Origin: Methanosarcinales archaeon | Lineage (GTDB): Archaea; Halobacteriota; Methanosarcinia; Methanosarcinales; Methanogasteraceae | DNA length: 43,735 bases | Direction: 5' to 3' | Assembly (NCBI GenBank): GCA_030625165.1 | Contig: DAOURL010000001.1 | Location: forward strand, 1-43,735 | Shown: in pieces, positions 9,644 to 19,738 of the stretch | Layout: each line of letters starts with the position of its first letter | Position numbering within the stretch: the first letter of the stretch is position 1 | Translations under genes and position numbers: made by a program | Notes under the pieces: generated by a model | What the model saw: only the letters and a program-made list of their open reading frames with translations | Database searches by the model: none | What the model was told of the DNA's origin: nothing

Positions 9644-10057
9644 ATGACAGATGAATTCGAACCAAATATACTGGCGTTCTGCTGTAACTGGTGTTCTTAT
9701 GCTGGTGCAGATCTTGCCGGAGTCAGCAGGTTCCAGTACCCACCGAACATCCGGATCATCCGGGTGATGTGTTCAGGACGGGTCGAGCCCGCGTTCATTC
9801 TTGAGGCATTGAAGGATGGTGCCGATGGCGTGCTGATCACAGGCTGCCATATCGGCGACTGTCATTATATCGATGGCAACAGGAACGCCGAGGTAAGGAT
9901 CAACAACACCATTGACGCACTCAAATATCTCGGACTGGATGGCAGATTACGTCTTGAATGGGTATCTGCGAGCGAAGGAGCACGGTTTGCAGAGGTCGTC
10001 AGCGAGTTCACAGAGGAGATCAGGAAACTTGGACCGAATCCGCTGAAAGAGACATGA
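9644..10057 (+). CDS. mvhD: MvhD, copy 2
   Basis: FCCNWCSYAGAD...GCHIGDCHY; GAGGT RBS before ATG 9644. Confidence 0.92.
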   Translation: MTDEFEPNILAFCCNWCSYAGADLAGVSRFQYPPNIRIIRVMCSGRVEPAFILEALKDGADGVLITGCHIGDCHYIDGNRNAEVRINNTIDALKYLGLDGRLRLEWVSASEGARFAEVVSEFTEEIRKLGPNPLKET

Positions 10058-10214
10058 TGTGTCAGTCTCGCGATTGACACTACTTTTTTTATCGGTGGCA
10101 CGATTTTTTTACTAGTGGCGCGCCGCGACATCGGAAGGTTTATGGTGTGCAATATCTCATGTCACATGCGATACTTGAGCATTATAGCATAGAGTATCGA
10201 AGGAGGCTTTTACC

Positions 10215-10745
10215 ATGAGGACCCTGGAAGAGGCGCTGAAACTGGAGTACGATTCTGCGAACGCGAATGTTACTGTTTCTGGAGTACCGATAATCCTTAT
10301 AAGCAAGAATACCTTTGGGGTACTCCATAAGGAGTTGATATCTGTCCTTGGAAGAGGTGCAGAGGGCGTGCTGTACCACGCGGGATATGAGGGCGGCAGG
10401 AAAGGCTTTAAACATATAGCCCGGTGGTGGGATTTTGATGTTAAGGACCGGGAAGAGATCATCAGTGCTTATGCGCAGATGTTATCAAGGTTCGGATGGT
10501 TGAACCTTGAAGATGTCGAGGTGGATGACCAGAAGAATGAGGTCGTAATAACAGCTAAGAATTGCTTTGAGGCGCGCAAGTATGCTGGTCAGGCAGATAA
10601 ACCTGTTTGCCATTATATTAGGGGCTTTTTGTGCGGCTTTGTGGAGTCAGCCTTCAAGATGGAGAGCCTCAGGTGTGATGAGGTTAGCTGCCAGGGGAGG
10701 GGAGATGAGATCTGCAAGTTTGTCTTAAAACCGATGTTCTGGTGA
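10215..10745 (+). CDS. Stand-alone V4R (4-vinyl reductase) domain protein
   Basis: LYHAGYEGG, FGW, NCFEA, PVCHYIRGFLCG, EVSCQGRGDEICKF pattern; AGGAGG RBS. Confidence 0.85.
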   Translation: MRTLEEALKLEYDSANANVTVSGVPIILISKNTFGVLHKELISVLGRGAEGVLYHAGYEGGRKGFKHIARWWDFDVKDREEIISAYAQMLSRFGWLNLEDVEVDDQKNEVVITAKNCFEARKYAGQADKPVCHYIRGFLCGFVESAFKMESLRCDEVSCQGRGDEICKFVLKPMFW

Positions 10746-10749
10746 TCTT

Positions 10750-11328
10750 GTGCCGGTAATCAAAAGTATCATCCGGTTAAACGATCTGGATACGAACTTT
10801 GTAGATGAAGTGATCGAGACTGGAAGCGAGGTTTTTGGCGAGGAGATACCAAAAACGATCATGGCTTGTATGCAGTGCGGTCGGTGTAGTGGCAGCTGTC
10901 CATCCGGGAGGAGGACGGCTTTTCGGACGCGGAAGATATATCGGGAAGTGGTGCTCGGCTTTCGGGAAAAGGTGCTCTCAAGTGACGAACTCTGGTACTG
11001 TACCACCTGTTACACATGTCAGGAACGATGTCCGAGGGGTGTTAAGACGACCGAGATCATACGGATCCTCAGAAACATCGCAGCAAAAGAGGGGTACATG
11101 TCAAAGTCCCACAAGATGGCGGCAGGACATGTCTTCAGGACCGGGCACGCTGTTGCAATAAACGAGGAGATACAGAACGTTAGAGAGGAACTCGGTCTCA
11201 GCAGGCTCCCTCCAACGACCCATTCCCATCCGGAAGCCCTTGCAAAGTTACAGGATATCCTCAGAAAGACACATTTTGATGAACTGGTCGGTTTTGACTG
11301 GGAAACGATGGAATTAAAGGAGGTCTAA
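10750..11328 (+). CDS. hdrC: Heterodisulfide reductase subunit C
   Basis: CMQCGRCSGSCP and LWYCTTCYTCQERCPRGV; archaeal-type TGHAV...PPTTH tail. Confidence 0.93.
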   Translation: MPVIKSIIRLNDLDTNFVDEVIETGSEVFGEEIPKTIMACMQCGRCSGSCPSGRRTAFRTRKIYREVVLGFREKVLSSDELWYCTTCYTCQERCPRGVKTTEIIRILRNIAAKEGYMSKSHKMAAGHVFRTGHAVAINEEIQNVREELGLSRLPPTTHSHPEALAKLQDILRKTHFDELVGFDWETMELKEV

Positions 11329-11333
11329 ATATT

Positions 11334-12230
11334 ATGGAAGAAAAGACTTATGCCTGTTTCCTGGGCTGTGTTATCCCGAACAGGTATCCCGGGATTGAGT
11401 TGTCAACTGTTAAGATGCTAAGAGAACTGGGCGTCGAGTCGGTTGATATGCCAGGTGCTGGCTGCTGTCCGGCTCCAGGAGTATTCGGGTCATTTGACTT
11501 AAAGACCTGGCTTGCTCTGGCAGCGAGAAACATCTGTATCGCAGAAGAGCTCGGGTGCGATATCATGACCATGTGCAATGGTTGCTATGGATCTCTTCAG
11601 GAGGCTGACCATCTGCTGAAAGGAGACCCGCTACTAAAAGATAAGGTAAATGAGATACTCGCGCCCGAGATGGAATACAAGGGCACGATCAACGTGAAGC
11701 ACCAGGTTGAGATATTCACTGATGATATTGGCATTGAGCGGATAAAAGAAGCCATAACAATGCCCCTTGATGGACTTCGGGTTGGAGTTCATTATGGGTG
11801 CCACTTCTTAAAGCCAAGCGCTGTGCGTGGTCACGGGAAGGCTGAGAGACCAGGGATGGTAGACGCTCTCGTTGAGGTCACCGGTGCAAAGAGCGTGGAG
11901 TACAAGGATAAGATGATGTGCTGCGGCTTTGGCGGAGGAGTCAGGACGAGGGACATCGAGGTTGCTCTTGATATCACGAAGGAGAAGATAACAAACATGT
12001 TGGATGCCGGGGTGGACTGTACTGTTAATCCCTGTGCATCCTGTCACCTGCAGTTTGACAGGGGACAGGTTGAGATCGAACATATCTTTGGAGACCGTTT
12101 CAATCTTCCGGTACTATACTATTCCCAGCTCCTGGGTCTTGCGATGGGGCACGATCCCAGGGAACTTGGCATGCACAAGCAGAACATACCAACTGACCCG
12201 GTACTTGACAAGGTGGAGGGATTGAAATGA
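11334..12230 (+). CDS. hdrB: Heterodisulfide reductase subunit B
   Basis: [46 protein letters not shown]. Confidence 0.95.
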   Translation: MEEKTYACFLGCVIPNRYPGIELSTVKMLRELGVESVDMPGAGCCPAPGVFGSFDLKTWLALAARNICIAEELGCDIMTMCNGCYGSLQEADHLLKGDPLLKDKVNEILAPEMEYKGTINVKHQVEIFTDDIGIERIKEAITMPLDGLRVGVHYGCHFLKPSAVRGHGKAERPGMVDALVEVTGAKSVEYKDKMMCCGFGGGVRTRDIEVALDITKEKITNMLDAGVDCTVNPCASCHLQFDRGQVEIEHIFGDRFNLPVLYYSQLLGLAMGHDPRELGMHKQNIPTDPVLDKVEGLK

Positions 12231-14179
12231 ATATTGGAGTCTATGTCTGCCATTGCGGCACGAATATTGCAGGTGTGATCGATGTCGAGAAGGTGACAGA
12301 GTATGCCACTACCCTGGATGGCGTTGTTGTGGCAAGGAATTACAAGTATATGTGCTCTGATCCGGGCAAGGATCTTATCAGAAGCGATATAAAAGAGAAT
12401 AATCTGGATCGCGTGGTGGTTGCAGCCTGCTCTCCTACCATGCATGAGAAGACGTATCGGGATGTGATGGAAGAGATGGGCGGAAATCCGTTCCTCTTTG
12501 AGATGGCAAATATCAGAGAGCAGGACTCATGGGTTCACACGGATAAGGATATGGCAACCGAGAAGGCTTATGACCTGGTGCGGATGGCGGTTGCAAAGGT
12601 CAGGCGAAACGAGCCACTTGAGAGAATCGAGATCCCTGTAACCCAGCGTGCTCTTATTATCGGAGGCGGGGTTGCTGGTATGGAGGCGAGTCTCGACCTT
12701 GCAGAACAGGGCTACGAGGTTATTATGGTTGAGAAGGAGCAGAGCATCGGAGGTCACATGTCTCAGCTTACAAAGACCTTCCCGACACTGGACTGCCCGA
12801 TGTGCATCCTTGCACCGAAGATGGCGCTGCATGAGCATAAGAACATAACCATTTACTCCTTTTCAGAGATCGAAGAGGTCTCTGGCTATGTCGGCAACTT
12901 CGAGGTCTCGATAAGGAAAAAGGCAAAGTCGGTCATAGAAGACCTCTGCAACGGCTGTGGTCTCTGCCAGGAGAAGTGCCCCACAAAGGTTCTGAGCGTG
13001 TATGACGGGAAGCTTGGAACGAGGAAAGCCATCTACACCCTCTTTCCCCAGGCGGTTCCGAGAATTCCGGTTCTGGACAGAGAGAACTGCCTGATGTTCA
13101 CCAAGGGCACGTGCGGCGTATGCAAGAAGGTCTGCCCCACGGATGCTATCGATTATGATCAGCAGGATGAGATCATAACAGAAAAGGTCGGCGCTATAAT
13201 CGTTGCCACCGGTTATGCTGAGTACGACCCAACTCCAATCGAGGAGTACGGCTACGGCAGATACAAGAATGTCCTGACAGGTCTCCAGTTTGAGAGGCTC
13301 ACGAATGCATCAGGACCGACACTGGGCGTGCTCAAGAGACCATCTGATGGCGCCACGCCAAAGAGGTTCGCGTTCATCCAGTGCGTCGGCTCCAGAGATG
13401 TGAATACCCAGGAGTACTGCTCGAAGGTATGCTGTATGTATACTGTTAAGAATGCAAGGCTGCTCAGAGACGAGCATCCGGAGAGCGAGGTGTACATATT
13501 CTACACAGATGTTCGGTCTGCTGGTAAGGGCTACGAGGAGTTCTATAAGATATCCCAGGAGAAAGGCGTCAAATTCATAAGAGGAAGAGTGTCCGAGGTC
13601 GTTGGACTTCCTGATGATAACCTGCTTTTGAGGACAGAGGATACCCTGACCGGGGATGTGTACGAAGTAGAGGTTGACATGGCGATACTGGCGTGCGCGC
13701 TTCTGCCGGCAGAGGGTTCAGATAAGTTAAGAGACATACTGAAGATCTCTGAGGGGACAGATGGGTTCTTCATGGAGGCACATCCCAAGTTAAGACCTGT
13801 TGATACGCTGACCGATGGAATATACCTGGCAGGCTGCGCCCAAGGTCCAAGAGACATAGCAGATACAGTGGTTCATGCCAAGGGTGCTGCTTCTGGCGCG
13901 TCTGTCCTCATATCCCATACGAAGATGAGCCTTGACCCGATCTCGGCTTACAGCGACGAGAGCGTATGCAGGGGATGCGGGGAATGTAAGCTCGTCTGCC
14001 AGTTCGGCGCGATCGAGATCGAGCCTCTGAATGGCAGACTGATTGCTAAGGTAAACGAGGTACTATGCAAGGGGTGCGGTGCCTGTGTCGGTGCATGCTG
14101 CAATGGTGCCATGAGTATAAGACACTTCAAGGATGAGCAGATCAATTCAATGATCGAGGCAGCGATGGAGGTGGCATGA
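12227..14179 (+). CDS. hdrA: Heterodisulfide reductase subunit A (canonical size, 650 aa)
   Basis: IGVYVCHCG, GGGVAG FAD motif, KTFPTLDC, inserted ferredoxin, CSKVCCMY, C-terminal ferredoxin. Confidence 0.95.
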   Translation: MNIGVYVCHCGTNIAGVIDVEKVTEYATTLDGVVVARNYKYMCSDPGKDLIRSDIKENNLDRVVVAACSPTMHEKTYRDVMEEMGGNPFLFEMANIREQDSWVHTDKDMATEKAYDLVRMAVAKVRRNEPLERIEIPVTQRALIIGGGVAGMEASLDLAEQGYEVIMVEKEQSIGGHMSQLTKTFPTLDCPMCILAPKMALHEHKNITIYSFSEIEEVSGYVGNFEVSIRKKAKSVIEDLCNGCGLCQEKCPTKVLSVYDGKLGTRKAIYTLFPQAVPRIPVLDRENCLMFTKGTCGVCKKVCPTDAIDYDQQDEIITEKVGAIIVATGYAEYDPTPIEEYGYGRYKNVLTGLQFERLTNASGPTLGVLKRPSDGATPKRFAFIQCVGSRDVNTQEYCSKVCCMYTVKNARLLRDEHPESEVYIFYTDVRSAGKGYEEFYKISQEKGVKFIRGRVSEVVGLPDDNLLLRTEDTLTGDVYEVEVDMAILACALLPAEGSDKLRDILKISEGTDGFFMEAHPKLRPVDTLTDGIYLAGCAQGPRDIADTVVHAKGAASGASVLISHTKMSLDPISAYSDESVCRGCGECKLVCQFGAIEIEPLNGRLIAKVNEVLCKGCGACVGACCNGAMSIRHFKDEQINSMIEAAMEVA

Positions 14180-14586
14180 TGGAGCCAAAGATCGTTGCTT
14201 TCTGCTGTAAGTGGTGTTCGTCTGCCGGAGCAGACCTTGCAGGCACATCGAGGATGAAGTATCCTCCAAATATCAGGATCATCAGGGTCATGTGTTCGGG
14301 AAGAATCGAACCCTCATATATTCTCCATGCTCTCGAGCTTGGCGCTGATGGTGTCATCATAACAGGCTGTCATCTCGGTGACTGCCATTACATCGCGGGA
14401 AACGAACAGGCAAAAAAGCGGGTTGAGATGACGACAGAACTTCTTGAGACGATGGGGATCGACCCGCGAAGACTCCGTCTGGAATGGATTTCAGCGTCAG
14501 AGGGTGCCAGATTTGCAAGCGTGATGACCGATTTCGTTGAGGAGATAAAAGAGCTTGGGCACAGTCCTCTGGGAGGTGTATCATGA
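14176..14586 (+). CDS. mvhD: MvhD, copy 3
   Basis: FCCKWCS, RVMCSGR, GCHLGDCHY; start overlaps the hdrA stop. Confidence 0.92.
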   Translation: MMEPKIVAFCCKWCSSAGADLAGTSRMKYPPNIRIIRVMCSGRIEPSYILHALELGADGVIITGCHLGDCHYIAGNEQAKKRVEMTTELLETMGIDPRRLRLEWISASEGARFASVMTDFVEEIKELGHSPLGGVS

Positions 14587-15740
14587 CGGCAGTAGACGAT
14601 CTTATGCGGGATGCCGGAGCCTATTACTGTATTGAATGCGGTAAGTGTACAACCGTCTGCCCGATTGCTAATGCCGACCCTGAGTTTGCTCCCAGATTGA
14701 TCGTGGTAAAGGCGATGGCTGGCATTGCGAATGTTGCACTGGAGCCGGACATCTGGAGATGCATGACCTGTGAGACCTGTAGCGAGATGTGCCCGTATAA
14801 TGTTCTCTACTCCGAGTTTATAAGGGGACTCAGGGCAGAGGCGGCCTCCATGGGAATCGTTTCTGTCTGCTCTCAGCACGATCTGATGCAGACCATGATG
14901 AGGATGATGGCGACTCCAGGGATAGAGCAGAATAGACTGGGCTGGGTCACTCCGGACTTGAAGATTGCTGATAAAGGAGAGGTCTTCTACTTCACAGGCT
15001 GTCTGCCCCAGATGAGTACCATCTTTAGGGATCAAGAGGATCTGAACCTGATCGGGATCGCTCAGAGTGCTGTTGCGATATTCAATCGCGCAGGTATCAC
15101 GCCTGTTGTGAGCAATCAGGAGGTCTGCTGCGGTCATGATCTGAACTGGACTGGCGATGAAGTGAACTTTGAGAAACTGATGAGGATAAACCTGGATTTG
15201 ATCAAGAAGAGCGGGGCTACGAAGGTTGTTTTCACCTGTGCCGAGTGCCTGAGAACATTTGAGATCGATTACCAGGATATAGCAGGCGATCTGGATTACG
15301 AGCTCCTGCACATCTCTGAGTTTGTCGATGACCTCGTGGCTGAGGGGAAGATCACCTTCGATGGTGTCGAGGAGAAGGTCACCTACCATGACCCATGCAG
15401 ACTTGGAAGGCACCTCGGCATATACGATGCTCCCAGGAATGTTATCGGAGCGATAGAGGGCATGGACTTGATCGAGATGGAGAGAACCAGGGAAAAATCA
15501 GCCTGCTGCGGAGTAAGCGCATGGCTTACCTGCGATAGCATTGCAAAGGAGATGCAGCTTGCGCGCATGGTGGAGGCTGTGGGAACCGGAAGCAAAAAAC
15601 TCATAACATCCTGTCCGAAGTGCCAGATTCATCTGAGGTGTGCGATCTCTGAGGAGATGCCGATTGAGAGGGAGAAGGCAGACATACCGATCGAGGACTT
15701 CACCATTCTGGTCGCAAATTCGATAAAAACAGGAGCGTGA
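14583..15740 (+). CDS. HdrD-like Fe-S oxidoreductase (2x[4Fe-4S] plus two CCG domains)
   Basis: CIECGKCTTVCP, CMTCETCSEMCP, FTGC..CCG..CAEC, YHDPC..CCG..CPKC. Confidence 0.85.
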   Translation: MTAVDDLMRDAGAYYCIECGKCTTVCPIANADPEFAPRLIVVKAMAGIANVALEPDIWRCMTCETCSEMCPYNVLYSEFIRGLRAEAASMGIVSVCSQHDLMQTMMRMMATPGIEQNRLGWVTPDLKIADKGEVFYFTGCLPQMSTIFRDQEDLNLIGIAQSAVAIFNRAGITPVVSNQEVCCGHDLNWTGDEVNFEKLMRINLDLIKKSGATKVVFTCAECLRTFEIDYQDIAGDLDYELLHISEFVDDLVAEGKITFDGVEEKVTYHDPCRLGRHLGIYDAPRNVIGAIEGMDLIEMERTREKSACCGVSAWLTCDSIAKEMQLARMVEAVGTGSKKLITSCPKCQIHLRCAISEEMPIEREKADIPIEDFTILVANSIKTGA

Positions 15741-17038
15741 AAGTCATGGTAAATAAAGCACTGGTAATTGGCGGCGGGGTTGCTGGCATCCAGGCATCCC
15801 TTGATCTGGCAGACAGAGGCACCGAGGTATATGTTGTTGAGAAAGAACCAAGCATAGGCGGGAGAATGTCGCAACTTGACAAGACCTTCCCGACAAACGA
15901 CTGCTCGATATGCATCCTTGCCCCGAAGATGGCTGACTGCTTCGGGCATTCCAACATCAATGTCATGACCTACTCTGAGGTACAGGATGTAACCGGCAGC
16001 GCTGGAGATTTCACAGTAACCGTCCTCAAGAAAGCGAGGTATGTGGACGCTGAAAAATGTACCGGCTGCGGGGAATGCATGGAGAAGTGCCCGGTTAAGA
16101 AGATACCAAACAAGTTTGAGATGGGTCTTGGTTTCAGGAGGGCTATATACCTACCATTTTTGCAGGCAGTACCAAGGATAGCAACAATCGATGCTGAGAA
16201 CTGTCTGTACCTGACGAAAGGCAAATGCGGAAACTGCGCCAAGGTCTGCCAGAGAGAGGCGATTCTGTACGACCAGAAGGATGAGATAGTCGAGATCAAC
16301 GTGGGCGCAATAATCGTTGCGACAGGCTATGATGTCTGGGACCCGACTCCTGCGAGCGAGTACGGGTATGGCAGGTATCCCAATATCTATACTGCAATGG
16401 AATATGAGCGGCTCATCTGTGCTGCAGGTCCGACGCAGGGTCACATGGAACGGAGGTCGGATGGAAAAAGACCCAAAAAGATTGCATTCATCCAGTGTGT
16501 GGGTTCCAGAAATGTCCAGATGGGACGCCCCTATTGTTGTAGCGTCTGCTGCATGCACGCAACGAAAGAGGCGATCCTTGCAAGAGAGCACCATGACGAT
16601 ATCGAGAGTTTCATATTCTATAAAGCCCTCCGCACCTTTGGAAAGGGCTTCAATGAGTATATGGAGCGTGCCAAATCGGACTACGGCGTAGTTTACATAA
16701 ACTCGGATGCAACGGTACAGGAAAACCCTGAGAACCAGAACCCGATCGTTGTTTACGATCTCGATGGGCACATCGAGAAGAAGGAAGTGGATATCGTGGT
16801 ACTGGCAACATCCCTGATCCCGAGACCAGAGACGAGGGTACTGGCTGAAAAGATCGGCATAAGTGTGGACCAGTTCGGATTTCTGGAGTCCGTAGACAAG
16901 CTTCTGGCTCCTCTGGATACGAAGATTCCAGGGATATTCCTTGCTGGCTACTGCCACGAGCCCATGGACATACCAGAAGCGGTCGCTCAGGCGAGCGGTG
17001 CTGCTGCAAGGGCATCCGAAGTGATGGAGGTGGGATAG
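15737..17038 (+). CDS. hdrA: HdrA-family protein, N-terminal half of a split long HdrA
   Basis: GGGVAGIQASLDLA, KTFPTNDCSICIL, inserted ferredoxin, CCSVCCM; collinear with the first ~425 aa of 20597-23719. Confidence 0.88.
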   Translation: MKVMVNKALVIGGGVAGIQASLDLADRGTEVYVVEKEPSIGGRMSQLDKTFPTNDCSICILAPKMADCFGHSNINVMTYSEVQDVTGSAGDFTVTVLKKARYVDAEKCTGCGECMEKCPVKKIPNKFEMGLGFRRAIYLPFLQAVPRIATIDAENCLYLTKGKCGNCAKVCQREAILYDQKDEIVEINVGAIIVATGYDVWDPTPASEYGYGRYPNIYTAMEYERLICAAGPTQGHMERRSDGKRPKKIAFIQCVGSRNVQMGRPYCCSVCCMHATKEAILAREHHDDIESFIFYKALRTFGKGFNEYMERAKSDYGVVYINSDATVQENPENQNPIVVYDLDGHIEKKEVDIVVLATSLIPRPETRVLAEKIGISVDQFGFLESVDKLLAPLDTKIPGIFLAGYCHEPMDIPEAVAQASGAAARASEVMEVG

Positions 17039-18847
17039 ATGGAACAAACGGAACCGCGCATCGGAGTTTTTGTCTGTCACTGCGGCGTCAACATCGGAGG
17101 CTTTGTGGATGTGCCAGATGTGGTTCGGTACGTAAAGACACTGCCAAACGTGGTGCATGCGGATCGAAACCTCTATACCTGCGCTGATGATGGGCTTGCT
17201 GCTATCAGGGATGCCATAAAGGAGCGCGACCTGAATCGTGTGATCGTTGCTTCCTGTACTCCACGGACACACGCTCCACTATTCAAGAGAACATGTGAGG
17301 AGGCGGGTCTCAACAAGTACCTCTTCGAGTTTGTCAACATCAGAGAACACTGCTCATGGGTACACATGAAGGAGCCAGAGAAGGCAACAGAGAAGGCAAA
17401 GATGTTGATAGCGATGGGTGTGGCTAAAGCTGCTTTGCTTGAGCCACAGGAAGAAGAGAGAGTACCTGTGGAACCGAAAGCCCTTGTTCTGGGAGGTGGT
17501 GTTGCTGGTATGACTGCTGCCCTGAGCCTTGCAAACCAGGGATTTGAGACCTATCTTGTGGAAAAGGAAGACAAGTTAGGGGGCTTTGTCCGGAACCTCG
17601 ATACCCTGTATCAGACCGGAAAAGACGCTCTTGAGAGCATAACCCCCTTGATTGATAAGGTAACTGCAAATAAGAATATTCACATCCTCACCTCTTCAAC
17701 CCTCAAAGACGTGGAGGGTTACATCGGAAACTACGAGGTAACGATGGCGGGCAATGGTGGAGAGACCGTGGCGAAGGTTGGAGCCATCATCGTCGCTACC
17801 GGTGCAGAGGAGTACAAACCGGCAGGACTCTACGGATACGGCGAATACGAAAATGTCGTGACTCTAAAAGAGTTTGAGAGGATGGAGAAGGAGAAGACGC
17901 TTCCCGCAACAAAGAGCGTGGCATTTATCCAGTGCGCGGGCGCACGCGGGCAGGTACTCGAATACTGCTCGAGGATATGCTGTACAAACGCGATAAAGAG
18001 TGCGATGAAACTTGTGGGAACAGAGGCGCCCGAAACACTCCCGGAAGCCGGAAGAGTGGGCAGGAGGCGGAGGAGAAAAGCTGTGGCTTCCGCTCCACCA
18101 GAGGTAGAAGTCACCATCTTCAACAGGGGAATAACCACTTATGGGGTAGAGCACGAACTCATGTATAATAACGCAAGAGGGATGGGCATCAGGTTTGTTA
18201 AGTATACCCCGGAAAACCCACCAGAGGTCTCCAGGGAAGGGGACAGACTGGTAATATCCTACCACAATGAAACCCTGAAGACGGATCAGACGATGAGTCC
18301 GGACTTGATCGTTCTATCTACGCCCCTCGTCCAGATCCCTGAGGCAGAGGAGCTATCAAAGATGCTCAAGGTTCCTCTGGGAAGGGATAAGTTCTTCTTC
18401 GAAGCCCATGTTAAGTTGAGACCGCTCGATTTTGCAACAGACGGTATATATCTCTGCGGAACAGCCCACGCACCGGTCTTTATAGACGAGGCGATCTATC
18501 AGGCTTATGGTGCCGCGTCCAGAGCGTCCATACCACTTGCGAATGGCTACGTGCAGGCTGAGGCTATAACTGCTGTAGTGGATGAGGAGCGGTGTATCGG
18601 GTGCGGAAGCTGCGTCGATATATGCCCGTACCATGCCATCGAGCTCTCAGAAAAGGAGGTAATCCTCGAGGAGATAACCCTTGCAACAAGGAAATCCTCT
18701 GTCAATCCCGCCGTCTGCAAGGGCTGCGGTACCTGTGTTGTGACCTGCCCGGTTGGGGCTATCACACAGAGAAACTTTACAACCCCGCAGATAACGGCTG
18801 CGATCAAGGTGTTTGGCGGTGTTCCTGTGTCGCTGGGAGTATCATAA
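17039..18847 (+). CDS. hdrA: HdrA-family protein, C-terminal half of a split long HdrA
   Basis: PRIGVFVCHCG, GGGVAG, CSRICC, EAHVKLRP, C-terminal ferredoxin; own GGAGGT RBS. Confidence 0.88.
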   Translation: MEQTEPRIGVFVCHCGVNIGGFVDVPDVVRYVKTLPNVVHADRNLYTCADDGLAAIRDAIKERDLNRVIVASCTPRTHAPLFKRTCEEAGLNKYLFEFVNIREHCSWVHMKEPEKATEKAKMLIAMGVAKAALLEPQEEERVPVEPKALVLGGGVAGMTAALSLANQGFETYLVEKEDKLGGFVRNLDTLYQTGKDALESITPLIDKVTANKNIHILTSSTLKDVEGYIGNYEVTMAGNGGETVAKVGAIIVATGAEEYKPAGLYGYGEYENVVTLKEFERMEKEKTLPATKSVAFIQCAGARGQVLEYCSRICCTNAIKSAMKLVGTEAPETLPEAGRVGRRRRRKAVASAPPEVEVTIFNRGITTYGVEHELMYNNARGMGIRFVKYTPENPPEVSREGDRLVISYHNETLKTDQTMSPDLIVLSTPLVQIPEAEELSKMLKVPLGRDKFFFEAHVKLRPLDFATDGIYLCGTAHAPVFIDEAIYQAYGAASRASIPLANGYVQAEAITAVVDEERCIGCGSCVDICPYHAIELSEKEVILEEITLATRKSSVNPAVCKGCGTCVVTCPVGAITQRNFTTPQITAAIKVFGGVPVSLGVS

Positions 18848-18968
18848 GGAGATCGATCTTTTCATCATGAAAAACGAGTGAAAACTGCCCTTCCGTAGCG
18901 GGTTGGCTGCCATCGGGTCGGAGATCGTTTTCGTTAGCGAGGAGCGAAGTAAAGGCGCTTCCAATAAA

Positions 18969-18984
18969 CGAAATCTTTTAATAG
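18969..18984 (+). promoter_or_regulatory. BRE/TATA promoter for the second hdrCBA operon
   Basis: CGAAATC-TTTTAATA; the same motif occurs on the minus strand at 26203-26217. Confidence 0.5.
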
Positions 18985-19159
18985 TACCGTATCCGTTACA
19001 CTTCATAAGCGAACAGACAGGTGCTGATTATTCGTGTCTGACATACACAAACGTTGCATACGCAAACCAAACCAGAAGCGATCAGGTGTATTTAGCTATC
19101 CATCACTGCGTGTTGATTTCAGTATACTACTCACTTCAACATCACCAGGAGGTTATTAA

Positions 19160-19738
19160 ATGAACACAATAAAGGCAGCAGATTTCGATCCGAATTTCAA
19201 ATTCGAGATCGAGAAGGAACTTGGAGGAGAACATCTCACCAAATGTTTCAACTGCACCGGCTGTACGGTTGGCTGTCCGATCACTGAGATCGAGCCAACA
19301 TACAATCCGAGAAAAGCCATGAGAATGGCGATACTCGGGATGAAGAAGGAACTATTCGAGAGCGAGATCATGTGGCTCTGCGTCTCCTGTTATACCTGTT
19401 ATGACCAGTGTCCGCAGGACGTTCGGATCACCGATGTGTTAAACGCGATGAAGAACATCGCAGAGCGCGAGGAACGGATGGGGCATATCAAACTGGAGAG
19501 TGCAAAGCCAGCGTTCGACAAGGAGTTTGTGGACTCCATCAAGAGACATGGCGAGGTGTATGAAACAGGTGTTGTCATTGCCCAGATCGTGAAACATCAG
19601 GGTATCAAGCGATTGTTTGAATATACCTCGACAGGAATCTTCATGTTCAAAAAAGGAAAACTTTCGCTCATCCCAAAGAACATTAAGGGAATGAAACAGA
19701 TCAAGAATATATTCAGAGTTGTGAGGGGGGAAAAATGA
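19160..19738 (+). CDS. hdrC: Heterodisulfide reductase subunit C (second type)
   Basis: CFNCTGCTVGCP and WLCVSCYTCYDQCPQDV; AGGAGG RBS. Confidence 0.9.
   Translation: MNTIKAADFDPNFKFEIEKELGGEHLTKCFNCTGCTVGCPITEIEPTYNPRKAMRMAILGMKKELFESEIMWLCVSCYTCYDQCPQDVRITDVLNAMKNIAEREERMGHIKLESAKPAFDKEFVDSIKRHGEVYETGVVIAQIVKHQGIKRLFEYTSTGIFMFKKGKLSLIPKNIKGMKQIKNIFRVVRGEK

Noticed and set aside
17036..17041. Amber read-through fusing the two HdrA halves, or genome-wide TAG recoding
   Set aside because: The second half has a strong RBS, the linker is missing, and TAG terminates several intact genes (5376, 23719, 38680, 38845).
14388..17272. Long antisense ORFs (341 aa and 373 aa), and similar ones opposite metG and RaSEA
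   Set aside because: Shadow frames of well-supported genes with no recognisable motifs.
18903..19163. 86-aa ORF between the two hdr operons
   Set aside because: It spans a BRE/TATA motif and probable leader, with no RBS or recognisable domain.
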